Assembly: GCA_004431415.1 (NCBI GenBank)
Contig: QPMI01000434.1
Coordinates: 248,001 to 312,000 of the forward strand
From: Cyanophora paradoxa CCMP329
Lineage: Eukaryota; Plantae; Glaucophyta
DNA: 64,000 bases
Reading direction: 5' to 3'
Position numbers and translations under genes: made by a program
The notes under the pieces: generated by a model
What the model was told of the DNA's origin: nothing
Database searches by the model: none
What the model saw: only the letters and a program-made list of their open reading frames with translations
In this document: piece after piece, positions 26,197-39,027 of the stretch
Position numbering within the stretch: position 1 is the first letter of the stretch
Layout of the letters: every line of letters begins with the position of its first letter

Positions 26197-28648
26197 ATGT
26201 CCGAAGAGAATCCAGCTGAGGCCCCACCGGAGGCGCCGCCAGTCGTGGACGAGTACGCTCCGGCAAAGCCACTCGCCGAGGGCGAGGGCTGGGTCGGCGA
26301 GGACGTCCCTGAAGAGCCGGAGCAGCCTCCAGCAGAGGCACCGCCCGCCGAGGAGAGCGCTCCGCCAGCAGAGGAGAGTGTCGGGGCAGCCGAAGCACCG
26401 CCCGATGCTTCTGCCGAGCTCGAGGCACCAGCGGAGGGCGAGGCTGCCGCGCCGCCTGAGGGCGGCGAGCCGGAAGCCCCGCCCGCGGAAGAAGGAGGAG
26501 AAGCACCGCCGCCAGCGGAGGGCGGCGATGGGGAGGCGCCGGCAGGCGAGGAGGCTGCGCCTCCGGCCGAGGGCGTCGAGCCAGTAGAGGGCGCCGCGCC
26601 CGCCGAAGGGGAGGCCGCGCCCGCGGAGGAAGGAGCTCCGGTAGAGGGCGGAGAGGCTCCTGCGGAAGGCGAAGCGCCTGGTGCGTTGTGTTTGCCGCTG
26701 AGAACGGCGCTGGCTCACTCGTTCTCAGCGCCTGCAGAGGGCGAGGGCGGGGAGCCGCCGGCGGAATGGGCAGAGGGCGCGCCCGCGGAGGAGGCGGCAG
26801 AGGGCGAAGCAGCAGCGGCGGAGGGCGCGCCTGCGGAGGGCGCGGAAGCAGCGGGCGAGGAGGGCGCGCCGGCCGAAGAGGCGGCGGTGCCGGAGGGCGA
26901 GGAGGGCGCGTCCCCGCCGCCGGAGGCCGCCGAGGAGGGCGCTCCCGCGGAGCAGCCGCCGGCGGAGGCGACGGAGGCAGAGGCGGCGGCGGAGGCGGAG
27001 GCAGCGCAGGTGCAGGCGGACGCCGAGGCGGCCGCGATGCAGGCGCAGGCGGAGGCGGAGGCGGCGGCCGCCCAAGCGGTGCAGGCCGCGCCCGGCGGGG
27101 ACGACACGCTGCAGGAGGACGACGTGCGCGCCGCCCGCTCCGCTCGCGGGCCCCGCGTGCGCTGCGCGGCCGACGCGGGCGGGGCGACGCGGCAGCTGTA
27201 CGAGATGGACGAGATGAGCCCGCGGCAGAGGCTGCTGGCGATGCACCGGGAGGCCTCCATCGAGGTGCGGCCGGCGGGCCGGCGCCGACGCCGGCGGGTC
27301 GAGAAGGGGCTCACGGCGGCCGCGCACGCGCCCGCAGGCGGAGCGCCTGGCGAAGAACAACGAGTCGCTGCAGAAGAAGCTGGCCCTGTACTTCTCCAAG
27401 AACAAGAAGGCGGAGGAGGCCAAGGGCGACGTGCGCGCCGCCGCCGCGCCGGCGCCGCCGCGCCTGGTGCTGAGCGGGGCGGGCGGGGGCGGGCAGGCGG
27501 GGGAGAGCAAGCAGGTGACGGGGAACGAGCAGCGGTACCTGCAGTCGCTGCAGCAGGTGTCGGACCTGAAGGAGGAGCTGCGCAAGGTCGAGGGCCACTA
27601 CGAGCGCGTCGCCATGGACATGAAGGTGCCCCCGGCCCCGCCCCGCCCAGCCCGGCCCGGCCGAGCTGAGCGCGGCGGCGGCAGACGCGGCTGGAGCGGA
27701 AGGAGGCGGACGCGCGGGAGATCCGGGACAAGTTCGTGGAGTTCAAGCGCGAGATCGCCAAGTCGGCCGAGAACTCGAGGACCGGCAAGCCCATCGCGCT
27801 CAAGGCGCGCGGCACCCCTCCCCTCCCCTTCCCCTCGCGCGGCTCCCCGAACGAAGCTGACTGGCGCCCCGCGCAGTTGATCATGCAGTTCGAGCAGGGC
27901 GAGCAGCGCAAGGAGTCCGACGTCGAGAAGGTGCGGGGCGGGGCGGCCCGGGGCGGGGCGGGTCGGGGCGGGGCGGGAGCGCGCTGAGGCGCGTGCGTGG
28001 CGGCAGGTGCGGCTGAAGAACATCCACCTGCGGAACCAGATGCGGAAGCTGGAGAGCTCGCTGCGGGCCAAGGAGGAGCTCGCGGACGGCCTGCACCTCA
28101 TCGACTTCGAGCAGCTCAAGATCGAGAACCAGACGCTCAACGAGAAGATCGAGGAGCGCAACGAGGAGCTCCTCAAGCTCCGCAAGAAGACCCAGACGAC
28201 CGTCCAGGTCCTCACCCACGTCAAGGAGAAGCTCCAGTTCGTCCTCGCCGAGAACCAGGTGCCGCCCGCCCCGCGGCGAGGAGGGAGGGGTACACGACAT
28301 GATCGTTTTAAACGACGGCGGCGCCGGCAGGTGCTGAAGCGGCAGCTGCAAGAGCTGGAGGGGGAGTTGACGGCGGTGCGGGACCGGCTCTCGAGCACGA
28401 AGCAGAGGCGGGACACGCTGCGCTCCGAGAACCTGCGCACGAAGCAGACGATGGGGATGAAGGGGAACGTGGCGCTGCTGCTCGACTTCGACGCGCGGAA
28501 GGCGCTGCTGCAGAGCAAGACGGACGAGCTGGCCGAGCTGAAGCAGCGCTGGGGCGACATGCAGGCCCAGATCGCCCGCTACACCAAGGCCGCCGCCGCC
28601 GCCTCCGCGCCTTTCGATGCCACCGCCGAGCTCGCCGCCGCCCAGTAG
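26197..28648 (+). CDS. CCDC96: CCDC96/CFAP184 ciliary coiled-coil protein (DUF4201) with E/A/P-rich N-terminus
   Basis: KEELADGLHLIDFEQLKIENQTLNEKIEERNEELLKLRKK...QVLTHVKEKL. Confidence 0.9.
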
Positions 28649-29011
28649 CCAAGCCGGCTGTAACTAGCTAGCCTTCCACAAATGCACAGGACTGCAAAGG
28701 AGCGCCAGCGCGCGCGGGCGGGGCGGACCAGCGCCATGGAGTCTCGGAGCACACGTGCCCGAGCACTAAGCGAAACGTACTGGTACTCAGGTGACTAAAC
28801 ATGCTCTTTAATTTACAGCGAGTACTACACGAGAGAAGAGTGAAAGCGTGGCCCGGGGCCTCATGCGCCGCCGAGGGTCATATGCCTCCTGATCTGGGTC
28901 GTAGTGGCGCCCTTGGCCGGGGCGGGGTTGCTGGAGCAGCAGTTCGTGAGCCAGCTGCCGAAGCCCTCCTGCGGGATCTCCTTCGCCCCGAGGCCTGCGG
29001 GGCCCATCCCG

Positions 29012-30288
29012 TCAGCGCATAACAGCGCAGGGCGGCTCGGCGTGGGGGACTCGGAGGGGCGGGCCTGCGTGGAGGAAGAGGCGGAGGTCCTCCTCGCACA
29101 TGAGGTCGTGGACAGCCTCGTAGAACTCCGCGTACTGCGCGTCCGTCACCGACACTTGCAGCGCCCGCATGAACTCCTGCGCCCGCGCCGCCCGGCCGGC
29201 CGGCCGCCGCGTCAGCCGAGTCGGAGGCGCGAGGCGGCCGGCGCCGTCGAGCTAGAACGATCGAACGCACGTGTCGGCCCTTCTCGTGCAGCCGCTCGAA
29301 GCAGTAGCCAATCGCAGTGTTCTTCCATGCCTGCGGCGGGGCGCGGCGGGGCCTCAGCGGGCGGGGCCTGCCAGGATTGGGAGGCACACCTTCGCCTCTA
29401 ACTTCAGCATGTCCCGGATGAGCAACACGGCCTCGTCGTAAGAGAAGATCTGCTCGAGGACTGAAAAAACTGCTTGTTCCTCTTTCTTCATGTGCTGCCG
29501 CTCCTCCTTGCACCACTCCAGCAGCGCCTGCGGGCGGCGCATTGACTCCTTTGGCGCATGCGCCAGCGGGCTCGGTTCGCGGACCTTTTGGAGTTCCTCG
29601 CCGAGCTTCTCGTTTGTCTTCTCCTTGATGAGGTCGTTGAGCATATCCTTGATTTTGCTGAGGCGCTGCAAGTCCTTGGCGTGGTCCCCGCTGAAGTCAC
29701 AGAGCCCCGGGCGTTTCTTGTTGACTGCAGGAAAGAAAACCTTCTCTTCCTGCCGTGCGGCTCGTTCTCCAGCGCGAAAAGCGCCTCAGAACCGCCCAGC
29801 CGTACCTGAACACTGTGGAGCTCGATGAAGGCGTTGAGAGAATCGAAAGACTGAAGCAGGCGCTGGAGAACCGACGGAGACAGTGCACGAGCGATGCCCT
29901 CGATGTAGGAGAGCGCTATCCTGATGGCGTCGTGTCCGTACCTGCCGCGGCGTTGGTTCGGAGCTGCCAAGCAGCGCACACAGCAGCTGCCTCAATCGGC
30001 AGAGAACTGCTAAGTAGCGGCTATTGCGCAACGCGTCGATTGCGGGGCCCGGCGGGAGCTGGGCGGCGAAGAACGCACCGCAAGACGCAAAGGGGGTTGA
30101 CCTCGTGGAGCGCGAGGTCTGTCTGCTGTGGACTAACCGACATCTCCGCGGCTAATGAGGCCGAGCTGTCCACTGTCCTCTGCAGTGTGAGTCTGCACCA
30201 CGGGAAGGGTACAAGTCGCTTTGGCGACGCCTGACAGCTTACCGAGAATCGGCTTAAGCTTGTAGATCTTAACACAGCAGGCGCTCAT
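29012..30288 (-). CDS. Hemerythrin-like (HHE) domain protein
   Basis: Helical protein with YGHDAIR, FIELHSVQ, GDH, QHMKKEEQAVF (H, HxxxE-like metal ligands); ends approximate. Confidence 0.55.
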
Positions 30289-30435
30289 TCGACCTGAGAG
30301 CGCGCGCGCGCTGCGCGAGAGGAAGCTATGCGCACGCCGAGCGAGAAGGCATTGGGCATCGATATCCGATAGCCTCGGCGGGACGCCCCCGGGAAGGCCA
30401 CCTGCGCGCGCCGCGCGTATCTCGGAGGTTAAGCA

Positions 30436-33019
30436 ATGCAACCAATCTGGGTAAGTAGCGTACGAGATACGCGGCACACTCGGTCCTGTGCGCCGATAGA
30501 TCGCGGGACACTGGGGACGGCACGTCCTGGGCGCAAGCGCGCTTCGTCATAGCAGTAGCTGAACGCGTCGCAGGTCGGCGTGGCGTACCTCGTGCTCTCC
30601 GCGGTCAGTGCCGTGCAGCTGCTGCGCTGCAGCTGGTCGACTGAGCGAGGATTCCAGTTCCTGTTCCTATTACACGTGCGACTTGTCTGTACAGGCTGAC
30701 GTCCATCTCCTCTCATGGGCGCGCGCAGTGTTTCCTGTGGACGATACTACGAGCGATCTTCTGTACGCGCCGCCACGCCCTGACCCCGCACCTCGAGACG
30801 CTGAAGACGCGCCCTGGCGCACAGGGATCAACCTGTCGCAGCTCTCGCACCTGATGGACACGATCCTGTACTGGTCAGCGATATCGATCTTGCGCCGCAG
30901 GCGAACCGCCGGCGCCTGTGAATCATCTGAACGCACGCGCGCGCAGGATGCCTGTCGGCATCCAGTTCTCCACGTTCACTCTTCTCGTCGCTTTCTACGC
31001 ACAGGCGCGCCCGCGCAGGGCCGCCGGGCGCAGGAAGCGCGCCGGCGCGCGGCAGCGCCGGGGCGGCTGAGCGGGCCGCAGGGCGTGTACTGGCGGGAGT
31101 ACAGGAGGTACAGGAGGCGTTTCCACGTGCTGTGCCTCATTCTAGACTCCATCCTCATCTCCATCGTCGCCGGTAGCGCCCCCTTGCTTCTTTTCCTTGG
31201 CCAGAGTCGCCCTGGTCATGAGCCCCCGGCCCCCGCAGTCTGCATCGTCCTCACGAGCACCGCCCCGGGGTACCGGATGGGCTCGGATATCTGGATGGTG
31301 CCGCGCTACCCTCTCTTCTCCCCCCCATCCCAGCGCCTGACGGGGCGCAGATGACGGGCATCATCTCCGGCTCCCTCTATGTCCGCGCCTCAGATCCGAT
31401 CCGTTCGGATCCGATCCGGCACTCAGATGGGCCGCTCAGATGCTGCTGCTGGGCGCGGGGGCGTACTACGGGGCCCGCCTGATCGCCCTCTTCCACTCCC
31501 CGAAGCTCCCCGTGCAAACCCCGCTCCTGCCGGGCGCCCCAGCGCGCCCTCCCGGCTCCCCCGAGCGAGCCTCGCGCCGCGGCCTCCCAGGCGAACCTCA
31601 CCTCGAGGAGCAACCGCCTCTTCCTCGTCTCCACGACGATGTGCGCCCTCAAGCGCCCCCAGAGCAAGCGCGCGCCTCGCTTGGGGGGAAAGTCGGCTGG
31701 CTCCAGCCCCGGCCCTAGCTCCAGCTTCCTCCCCGGGGCCCCAGGGGCGCGAGCACAAGGGGGCGGGCAGGGCGCGCGCAGCTACATGCTGGGAGTCACT
31801 AGCTCTAGTTGTAGCTCTGCTTCTAGCCCGACCTCGGCTTCATCTTTGTCTCTGTATGGTTCCATCTCATCTCATCTCATCCGGTACCGCAGGTACATGC
31901 TGGGGGTCTTCGGGTCGCACGCGGCGTGGGACTTTGCGGCCGCCGCCCGCGGCGACGTCGACGAGACTATGGTGCGCCCCGTGCCGCGGGGCCGGCACCG
32001 GGGCCCCGAGCGGAGCCGAGCCGAGCCGAGCTGAGCTGAGATGAGATGAGTTGTGTTTGGCGTCGCGCAACTTGGCAGAGGAGCGTTTAGAGCGCCAGCG
32101 GCCTTGCAGCGGGGCAGGGAGCAGGGGGCCAGCGTCGCTTGGCTGATGGGCGGCGTGCGCAGAAGAAGCAGGTGGCGAGCGGGTCGACGGCGGCGCGGCT
32201 GGCCTGCTGGGAGCTCGTCCCCGTCGCCTGGCTCCTCTACTACTTCCGCAGGCGCGCCCTCCTGAGCCGCCGCTCGGCGCGCCTCGCCTTGCGGCGGCGC
32301 CACAGGGACGGGCTCTGAGGGGCGGGCGGGGGCAGCATCGGGTCGCAGGACTACGGGCCGACGCTCGACTCGGCGGACCCGAGCGTCAACCCGCTGCTCT
32401 TCGGCCCCGCCGCCCCCGCCGCCGGCCTCGCCCCGGCCGCCGCGGGGCCGGGCCCCGCCGCCGTCTCCTCCCCCGAGGCCCGCGCCTCGCCGCCGCTCCT
32501 CCTCGAGGGCAGCGTGCCCGCCGCCGGCCTCTCCGGCATGCCGCGCGCCGGCGAGCGCGCCCCGCTCCTAGGGGACCGCCGGGAACCGAACCTCTTCCTC
32601 AACGAAAGGAGGCGCGGCTCCCCCTGGCTCGCCCCCTGGGCCCTCTGTCCCCCTCTGAGGGGGCCCTGCGCCGCCAGGTACGACTCGGACGACGAGCACG
32701 GGAGCGCGCCCTTCGGGACACCGGCCTTCGTGGGCCCCTCTTCTTCCTCCCCTCCCACCCCTCTCCTCGTGTGACCCCCCCTGCAGGGCGGCTCGCGGAC
32801 GCCGAGCTACGGGTCGTTGAGCAGCCTCCCGTTCGCGCGCTCGGCCTCGGCGCACGTCCCCGTGCCCCACCGCCCCGCCCCCGTGCGCCCCCGCTGCCTG
32901 CGAGCCGCTGCCTCGCCGGCCCCGCTGACAGCGCGCAGGGCCTCGAGAGCGAGGCGGAGAGCGTGACGGAGGCCCTTTCGCCCCTCGAGTCCCCGCCCCA
33001 GACCCACCCCCGCCACTGA
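30436..33019 (+). CDS. THH1/TOM1/TOM3 (GPR137-like) 7-TM protein, copy A
   Basis: MPVGIQFSTFTLLVAFY, GAYYGARLI, WELVPVAWLLYYFRR; multiple TM segments. Confidence 0.6.
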
Positions 33020-33583
33020 GTCGAGCTCCGACGCTCGGCCGCCGGCGTTGGACCCGCCTCTCGATTTCGCCTCTCTATTTCTCCGTGCAGTCCTTATACT
33101 TGTGTGCAGCATATTTCAGAACATCGCTCCGCAGTGCTTCTTGTCTAGATCTCGTACTCCCACGCGCTCCATACTTGTGCAGATGCAGCATCGTCTTGTC
33201 CAGTGTCAAAGACCACATGACAGTATCCTATCGCCCTGCGATCCTTCAAGGCTTTCGAATTCTAGGGCAGATATCGATTTGCACGCCGTGACGGCAGAAA
33301 TCACCTGCATGGAGGCGCATACGATACCGATTACAGCACGTCTAGATCTGTACACACACAATACTTGAAAAAAGCTCGCAGAGGTCGAATCGGGATAGCG
33401 GAGGGCAGGAGCGGGAGGCCGGAGAGCAGCGGGGGTCAGCGGGGGTCGGGCAGGCCCGAGAAAGGGGCGAGAGGCCTAGAGGGCACAGTTGGGGAAGGGT
33501 AGAGGGTGGATGGGGGAGGAAATAGGGGGGAAGGGGATGGGGAGCGCGGACGAAGCGGAGGGAAAGGGGAGGAAGCGGGGGGG

Positions 33584-35229
33584 CTACATGAAGAAGATAT
33601 TCCAGGACCAGGACTGGCTGCGGAACACGAAGAGCATCGCCGAGGCGGGCACCAGCTCGCACGTGAGGTAGTACCTGTACCCCCCTAAGAAAAGGTTCGA
33701 GAAGGGGGGGCAAGGGACGGACACGGAGGTGATCCAGGTGCGGTCGGCGGAGTTGGTGATGACGAGGAGGCCGGTGGTGAGGATGATGGCGCGGATCGTG
33801 AAACACGCCCCCGTCACCAGCGTCAGCCCGAAGATCCGCTGCCCGCCCCCGTGAGCAACAGGGCTAGGCGGGCGGGGAGGGGCGGCGGGGAGGGGCGGGG
33901 TCCCCGGGAGGGGGAGGGGGGGGGGGGGGGGGGGGGGCGGGGGGGGGAGGGAGACGGGTACCTTCATTTGGCTCTGCATCTTCTCCGACTCGATGCTGTA
34001 CGAGCGCTCCCGGAACATCTGCACCAGGCCGAAGCCGTACCCCAGGAAGAAGACGGCCTGCGGGGGGGAAGGGATGGGTCAGGGCGGGCGGCGGGCGGGG
34101 CGCGTAGCGGGGCGCGCCATGACGAGGCAGAGGACTGCGGCCAAGCGCGATGTGACGACCATCGCCGCCTCCTGCGCCGGTCGTCAGCGCACGGGCGCCG
34201 CCGGCGTGCGCGGGGGCGGCGCGCGCGCCTGCACGGCGTCGTCGCCGGCCCAGACGGAGACGTCGAGGGCGATCTCCATGAGCACAGAGGCGTCTGCGGC
34301 GGCCGCTCAGCGCGAGGAGAGCGGCGCGGGGGGGCGGGCGCGCACAGAAGACGACGTTGAGGAGGACGAAGATGGCCATCACGACGCGCAGCGGGATGAG
34401 GACGCGCCGCCGGCCCACCGGCGCCGGCCCCGCCTCGCCGCCGGCCGTCCCGTACGAAGATGCCGGGGCAGATGCCAGGCGCTCCTCCTCCAGCAGGGGA
34501 TCCGTGACGCAGAAGTAGTGCACTGGAGGCGGACGCGCGCGCGCGTCGGTGTGGCCCGCGCCGAAGAGGAAAAGGAGAGGGCGCACCGGTGGCCCAGAAC
34601 CAAACGAGGAGCGTGAAAGTACTGAAAAAGAAAGCGGCGGGAAGGTTCTCCAGCAAGTGCTGCGCGGCCGCCGTGAGCTGTGTAGCTCCGGTCGCGGTGC
34701 GGGCCGCGCGAAGCGGCAGGTTCATGTACCTTCCAGACTTCCGGGACACCTGCGGGAAAAAGAGTGAGCAGCGAGAGGAAGTGCTGGTCCGCGTCGGGCG
34801 GGGCGCGTGCGCACTCTTCTTGTAGGCGCTGCACAACCCGTCAGCCTCGAGTCAGCGCGCAACATCTGCGCGCGGGCAGGGAGGCAGATATCGCACCCGT
34901 AGTACCATCTGCTCCGCGCGCGTTAGTGGCGGGAAGGGGCAAGAAGAACGGGCCAAAAGAGCGCACGGCGAGACGAAGAAGTCTATGCTGCGGAAGAGGG
35001 TCTGCAGCATCATGAACGCCAAGAAGAGAGAGTGCGACGTAGATCGGCCAGAGCTTTTGTACGTTTGTATCTACGCGCGTGTGAAACGCCCCTCGAAAAA
35101 CAGCAAGGGGTGGCGGGCGGGAGACGCGGCGGCGGGCGCTGAGTGACGAACTTGTGAGATAGTTAAGCAGAACAGGCAGACATACGCCAGCGCGATGCCA
35201 TAGTCTTGTACTATAAGGTCGGCAGCCAT
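33584..35229 (-). CDS. THH1/TOM1/TOM3 (GPR137-like) 7-TM protein, copy B
   Basis: LPAAFFFSTFTLLVWFW, FLGYGFGL, CFTIRA, YYLTCELVPASAMLFVFR. Confidence 0.75.
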
Positions 35230-35314
35230 GCCGCCGGCCGTCCCGTACGAAGATGCCGGGGCAGATGCCAGGCGCTCCTCCTCCAGCAGGGGATCCGTGA
35301 CGCAGAAGTAGTGC
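35230..35314. repeat. 85-bp exact direct repeat of 34437-34521
   Basis: Identical sequence gccgccggccgtcc...agaagtagtgc at both sites. Confidence 0.95.
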
Positions 35315-35656
35315 CTCCGCTCTCTATGTATCTAAGAAATCGCCACGCTTCTGTCTCCAGGATGCGACGCGTCTACTCGGGCGAAGGGGGGGTGTAGTCG
35401 GCGGGGTATACTGGTTATTCCCGCCACCAGCCTGCAGCAGACGCTGGGGCAAGAACAGGCGATCCGGCGATCCGGCTAGCGGCTAGCGGCTTGCTGGTCA
35501 CTCTGCCACCAGCCCTCGAAGTGTCGCACGGCGTCGGCGCACAGCGAGTGTCGCACGGCATCGGCGCACAGCCGCATTCGTTCGGCGATCCGCCGATCTA
35601 CCGCTCAGCCTTGCCGTAGCTCAGCCTGGCCGTAGCGAGCTCGGCCGTAACGCGAG

Positions 35657-38600
35657 ATGGAAGGCAGCGGGGAGACCGAGGAGCTGCAGGGGTTCCAGCG
35701 CGGCAAGTTCGAGACGTACTGCGAGCTTTTGCGCACGGGCCACTTCGGTGCGCGCCGTCCCTGCGCGCTGGCGATCCGTCCGCCAGTCGCCCAGTTCGAA
35801 CGACTGCCGCAGATGGGCCGTTCTGGGACGTCGTCATGCTCACGGTGCGCGCGCCGCGGTCAGGCTCTGTTTGCTTGCGGCTGCCGATACGCGCGTGACG
35901 CAGGCGGCGGACAAGCAGCAGGCGGTCCGCCCGCAACATGCCTCCGAGCCTCCCCGCCCCCCACGCTGACCCGCCGATCTTGTTATTCGCCACAGGCGTC
36001 GTACGAGGCGCTTCTCAAGGAGAAGCTGAAGCTGCGGGACATCCCCACGTCGCCACAGTGAGCCGCGCGCTGAAGCCCGGCGCCGGCCTGCGCAGCAGCC
36101 GACGGCGCCCGCCCCCCCGCCCTCGCAGCTACCTGGTGGTGGCGGACCCGCCGGGCGTGAAGGGCGGGAACGGCGGCGCGACCTGGAACGCCCTCGACCA
36201 GCTCCGGAAGCGGTACAGCTCCGCCATGCGCTCCGTGCGCTGAATTTCCTGTTGAGCGTCGAAGGAAATTGCTTGTGAGACGCTGTGCTTCCGCATTCCA
36301 GATGCGAATACTGCTCATTCATGCTGGTGGGTACAGCCAGCGCTTGGTGCGCTCGCCGGCGCGATCGCTGCGCGGCGGCGGGCGCTGAGGCCCCGAGTGC
36401 AGCCCAACCACAGCATCTGCGGCAAGATCTTCGCGCCTCTGCCGATCCTCCTGCCCAACGGCTCCCTCTGCACGATGCTCGAGATGCGCTTCATCGTCAC
36501 CATGGGCATCACGCGGTGCGCGCGGGCTCGTCGGTCGCGCCGTACCCCTCCAAGGCCTCACCCCGTACCCCTTTCAGCACGATGGCCCCCGGCGTGGCCG
36601 TCCTCTGCGCGGATGGTGCGTATACGAACCGTACCCCGCCTCGCGGGCGCCCCGCAACACTCATGCACCCCCTGCAGACATCATTTTGATGGACGCCGCC
36701 CAGTGCGACTTCTCCCGCGGGGGTACGCCAGCGTGCCTCCGCCCGCTCCTGCGGAAGGAAGGTTGTGGGACGCGACGGGCGCCCTGCGCAGGCTTCACGG
36801 CCCCGGCGATCCGGAGCCCGCTCGACATCGCGGCAGCGCACGGGGTCTTCGTCCTGCCCCCCGGCGCCGCCGCGAAGCGTGCGCCCCGCTCCTCGTCCCT
36901 GCCGGAAGCTCGAGACGAGCGGGGCCGCAGAGGGCGAGGCGGCGCCGGTGGCGTGCGAGCAGTTTCTCCACAAGCCCAGCGTCGCACGCAGTGCGCGGAG
37001 GCCGGCGCGCCGCGCCCGCCTCCGCCTCACTCTTCTCGCCGCGCGCAGTGAAGGAGCGGGGCGCCATCGCCGGCTCCGAGGGCAGCGCCTGGACCGACAG
37101 CTGGTGCCGGCAGGGCGAGGGGCGCTGCCGGCCCCGCCCCTCCAAGCCTCCGACGCCCCGCCCCCGCAGGTTCTTCTTCGACCACAGCGTCGCCTCCCGG
37201 CTCCTGCAGGCCCGCCGGCCCGCCCCGTCGCGAAAGATCCCTGCGCGGGCGCCGGCTGACGGGGCCGGGCCCGGGGGTACAGGTGTACGACGCGCGGGGC
37301 TGCAAGGTGGAGTGCGAGGTGGACGCCTACGGCGATTTCCTCCAGGTGCGCCGCCCCCCACCCCCCCGACGCGGGGGGTACAGCCAAGTTATTGTTCGCC
37401 GGCGGCCGACGCGCGTCGAGCAGCCGACGGGCCCGCGGGCGGACGACGCGTACATCGCGAGCACCGCCAACGTCGTCGCCGCGGCCCCGTGCGAGCTGCT
37501 CTGATCCGGTGCCATCCGATGGGACCCCGCGTGAGGCGGGCGGGGGCCGGGCAGGGCGCTGGGGGAGGTGCGGCGGGCGCTGTGGACGGCCCTCCGCGAG
37601 TGCCCCCTCACCGCCCTGCCCCTCGCCCCCGCCAAGGTGCCCCCGCCCGCCCCTCCCCCGCTTCTCAGAAGCAAGCCACGAGCAGACGAGGGTGCGCAGT
37701 TCTACCACCTGGGGACGTGCAGGGAGTACCTGCAGCACCTCTGCCGGGACGAGTGCTTCCTCGCCGAGCTCGGCGCCGCCCGCGTGCTCCTCTCCCGCCC
37801 CGCCCCCGCCTGGGAGGAGAACCACACGCTCCCGCCGCCCCCGGCCCACCGCGCGGGGCCCGACCTCCTCCCCCTCCTCCGGGCGGACTCGGAGGACGGG
37901 GCGTGGGGCGCGCCCCCCGCCGTGCACGCCGAGCTGCGCGCCTGCGCCCGCGGGGTCGCTCCCGGGGCCTGCGTGATGGCCTCCTACGTCGCCCGCGGCG
38001 CCCGCGTCGCCCCGGGGTCCGTCGTCGAGTACTCCTGGCTCGAGTCCAACACCGCGGTCCGCCCGCCTCCCCGCACCGTCCATCTGGATTCCGCTCACGG
38101 GCCCTGCGCACGGCGCTGCCGCGCAGGTGGGGCCCGACTCGATCGTCTCGGGGGTGCGGCTGCCGGGGGCGGCGGGGAGCCTGCCCCCGCGCCTCTTCCT
38201 CCAGACCGTCGCCCTCCGCCACGAGGCCCTCACCCTCGCCCCGCCCCCCGAGGAGGGCCCCGCCCCCGCCCCCTCCGCCCCCTGCTTCGTCACCCACGCC
38301 TTCGGTGCACGCGCGCGCCCCTGCAGCCGCCGCGGCTTCGTCGCTCGCTCAGGGCGGGGCGCAGGGACGCGGGACGACGTGAAGGGCACGCTGGGCTCGC
38401 AGGCGACCCTCATGGGGGTGCCCCTGGCCGACGCCCTCCGCTCCCTCGGCCTCTCCGAGGTGCCCGTACCCCCCTTTCCTCCCCCCCCTCCCCCGACCCT
38501 CCTCCCAGGAGGAGGCGTGGCCGGAGGGGACGCCCCGGTCCCTGTGGAACGCGCGCGTGCACGCGGTGTGCGAGAGCGAGGAGGCGGCGACGCTGGCGGC

Positions 38601-38960
38601 GCTGCGGGCGGCGCGGGCGCTGCTGCCGGGGGGCGACCCCATCGAGACCGCCTCGCTGCCCCGCGTCTCCATCGCCGACTGCCTCCGCTACAAGGACATC
38701 GAGCGCCAGATCGAGCTCCGCCGCCGCCTCGGGTGCCCCGCCATCCACACCCCCCTGCCCTGCGCCCGGCGCCCCGCTCAGTCTCGTGCGGTAGGCCGGT
38801 GGAGTTCACGGAGGGCGGGCCCGAGGAGCGTCTCCCCGCGGGGCTGCCGGGCCTGCCGGGCGGGGAGGGCGGGGCCGGGGGCGAGTGCGCGGCGGCCCTC
38901 CCAGAGGCCTGCGGCCCGTGTCTCCGCACGAGCACAGGCGAGGGCTGCTCCCTCAGCTAG
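35657..38960 (+). CDS. FPGT: Fucose-1-phosphate guanylyltransferase (GDP-fucose pyrophosphorylase)
   Basis: FWDVVMLT|AAD, DPPGVKGGNGGAT, ILLIHAGGYSQRL|PNHSICGKIF, HGVFVL, FLHKPS, DAYGDFLQ, FYHLGT; 3' end approximate. Confidence 0.85.
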
Positions 38961-39027
38961 CGCGCCCCCATTTCTCCCGTGCTAGCGTGCTAGGGTTCCA
39001 GGTATTTTCAAGTTTAGAGGCTTCCGA

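Noticed and set aside
35520-35575. 27-bp tandem duplication (similar 23-bp duplication at ~57429-57478)
   Set aside because: Ordinary slippage duplications with no evidence of function.
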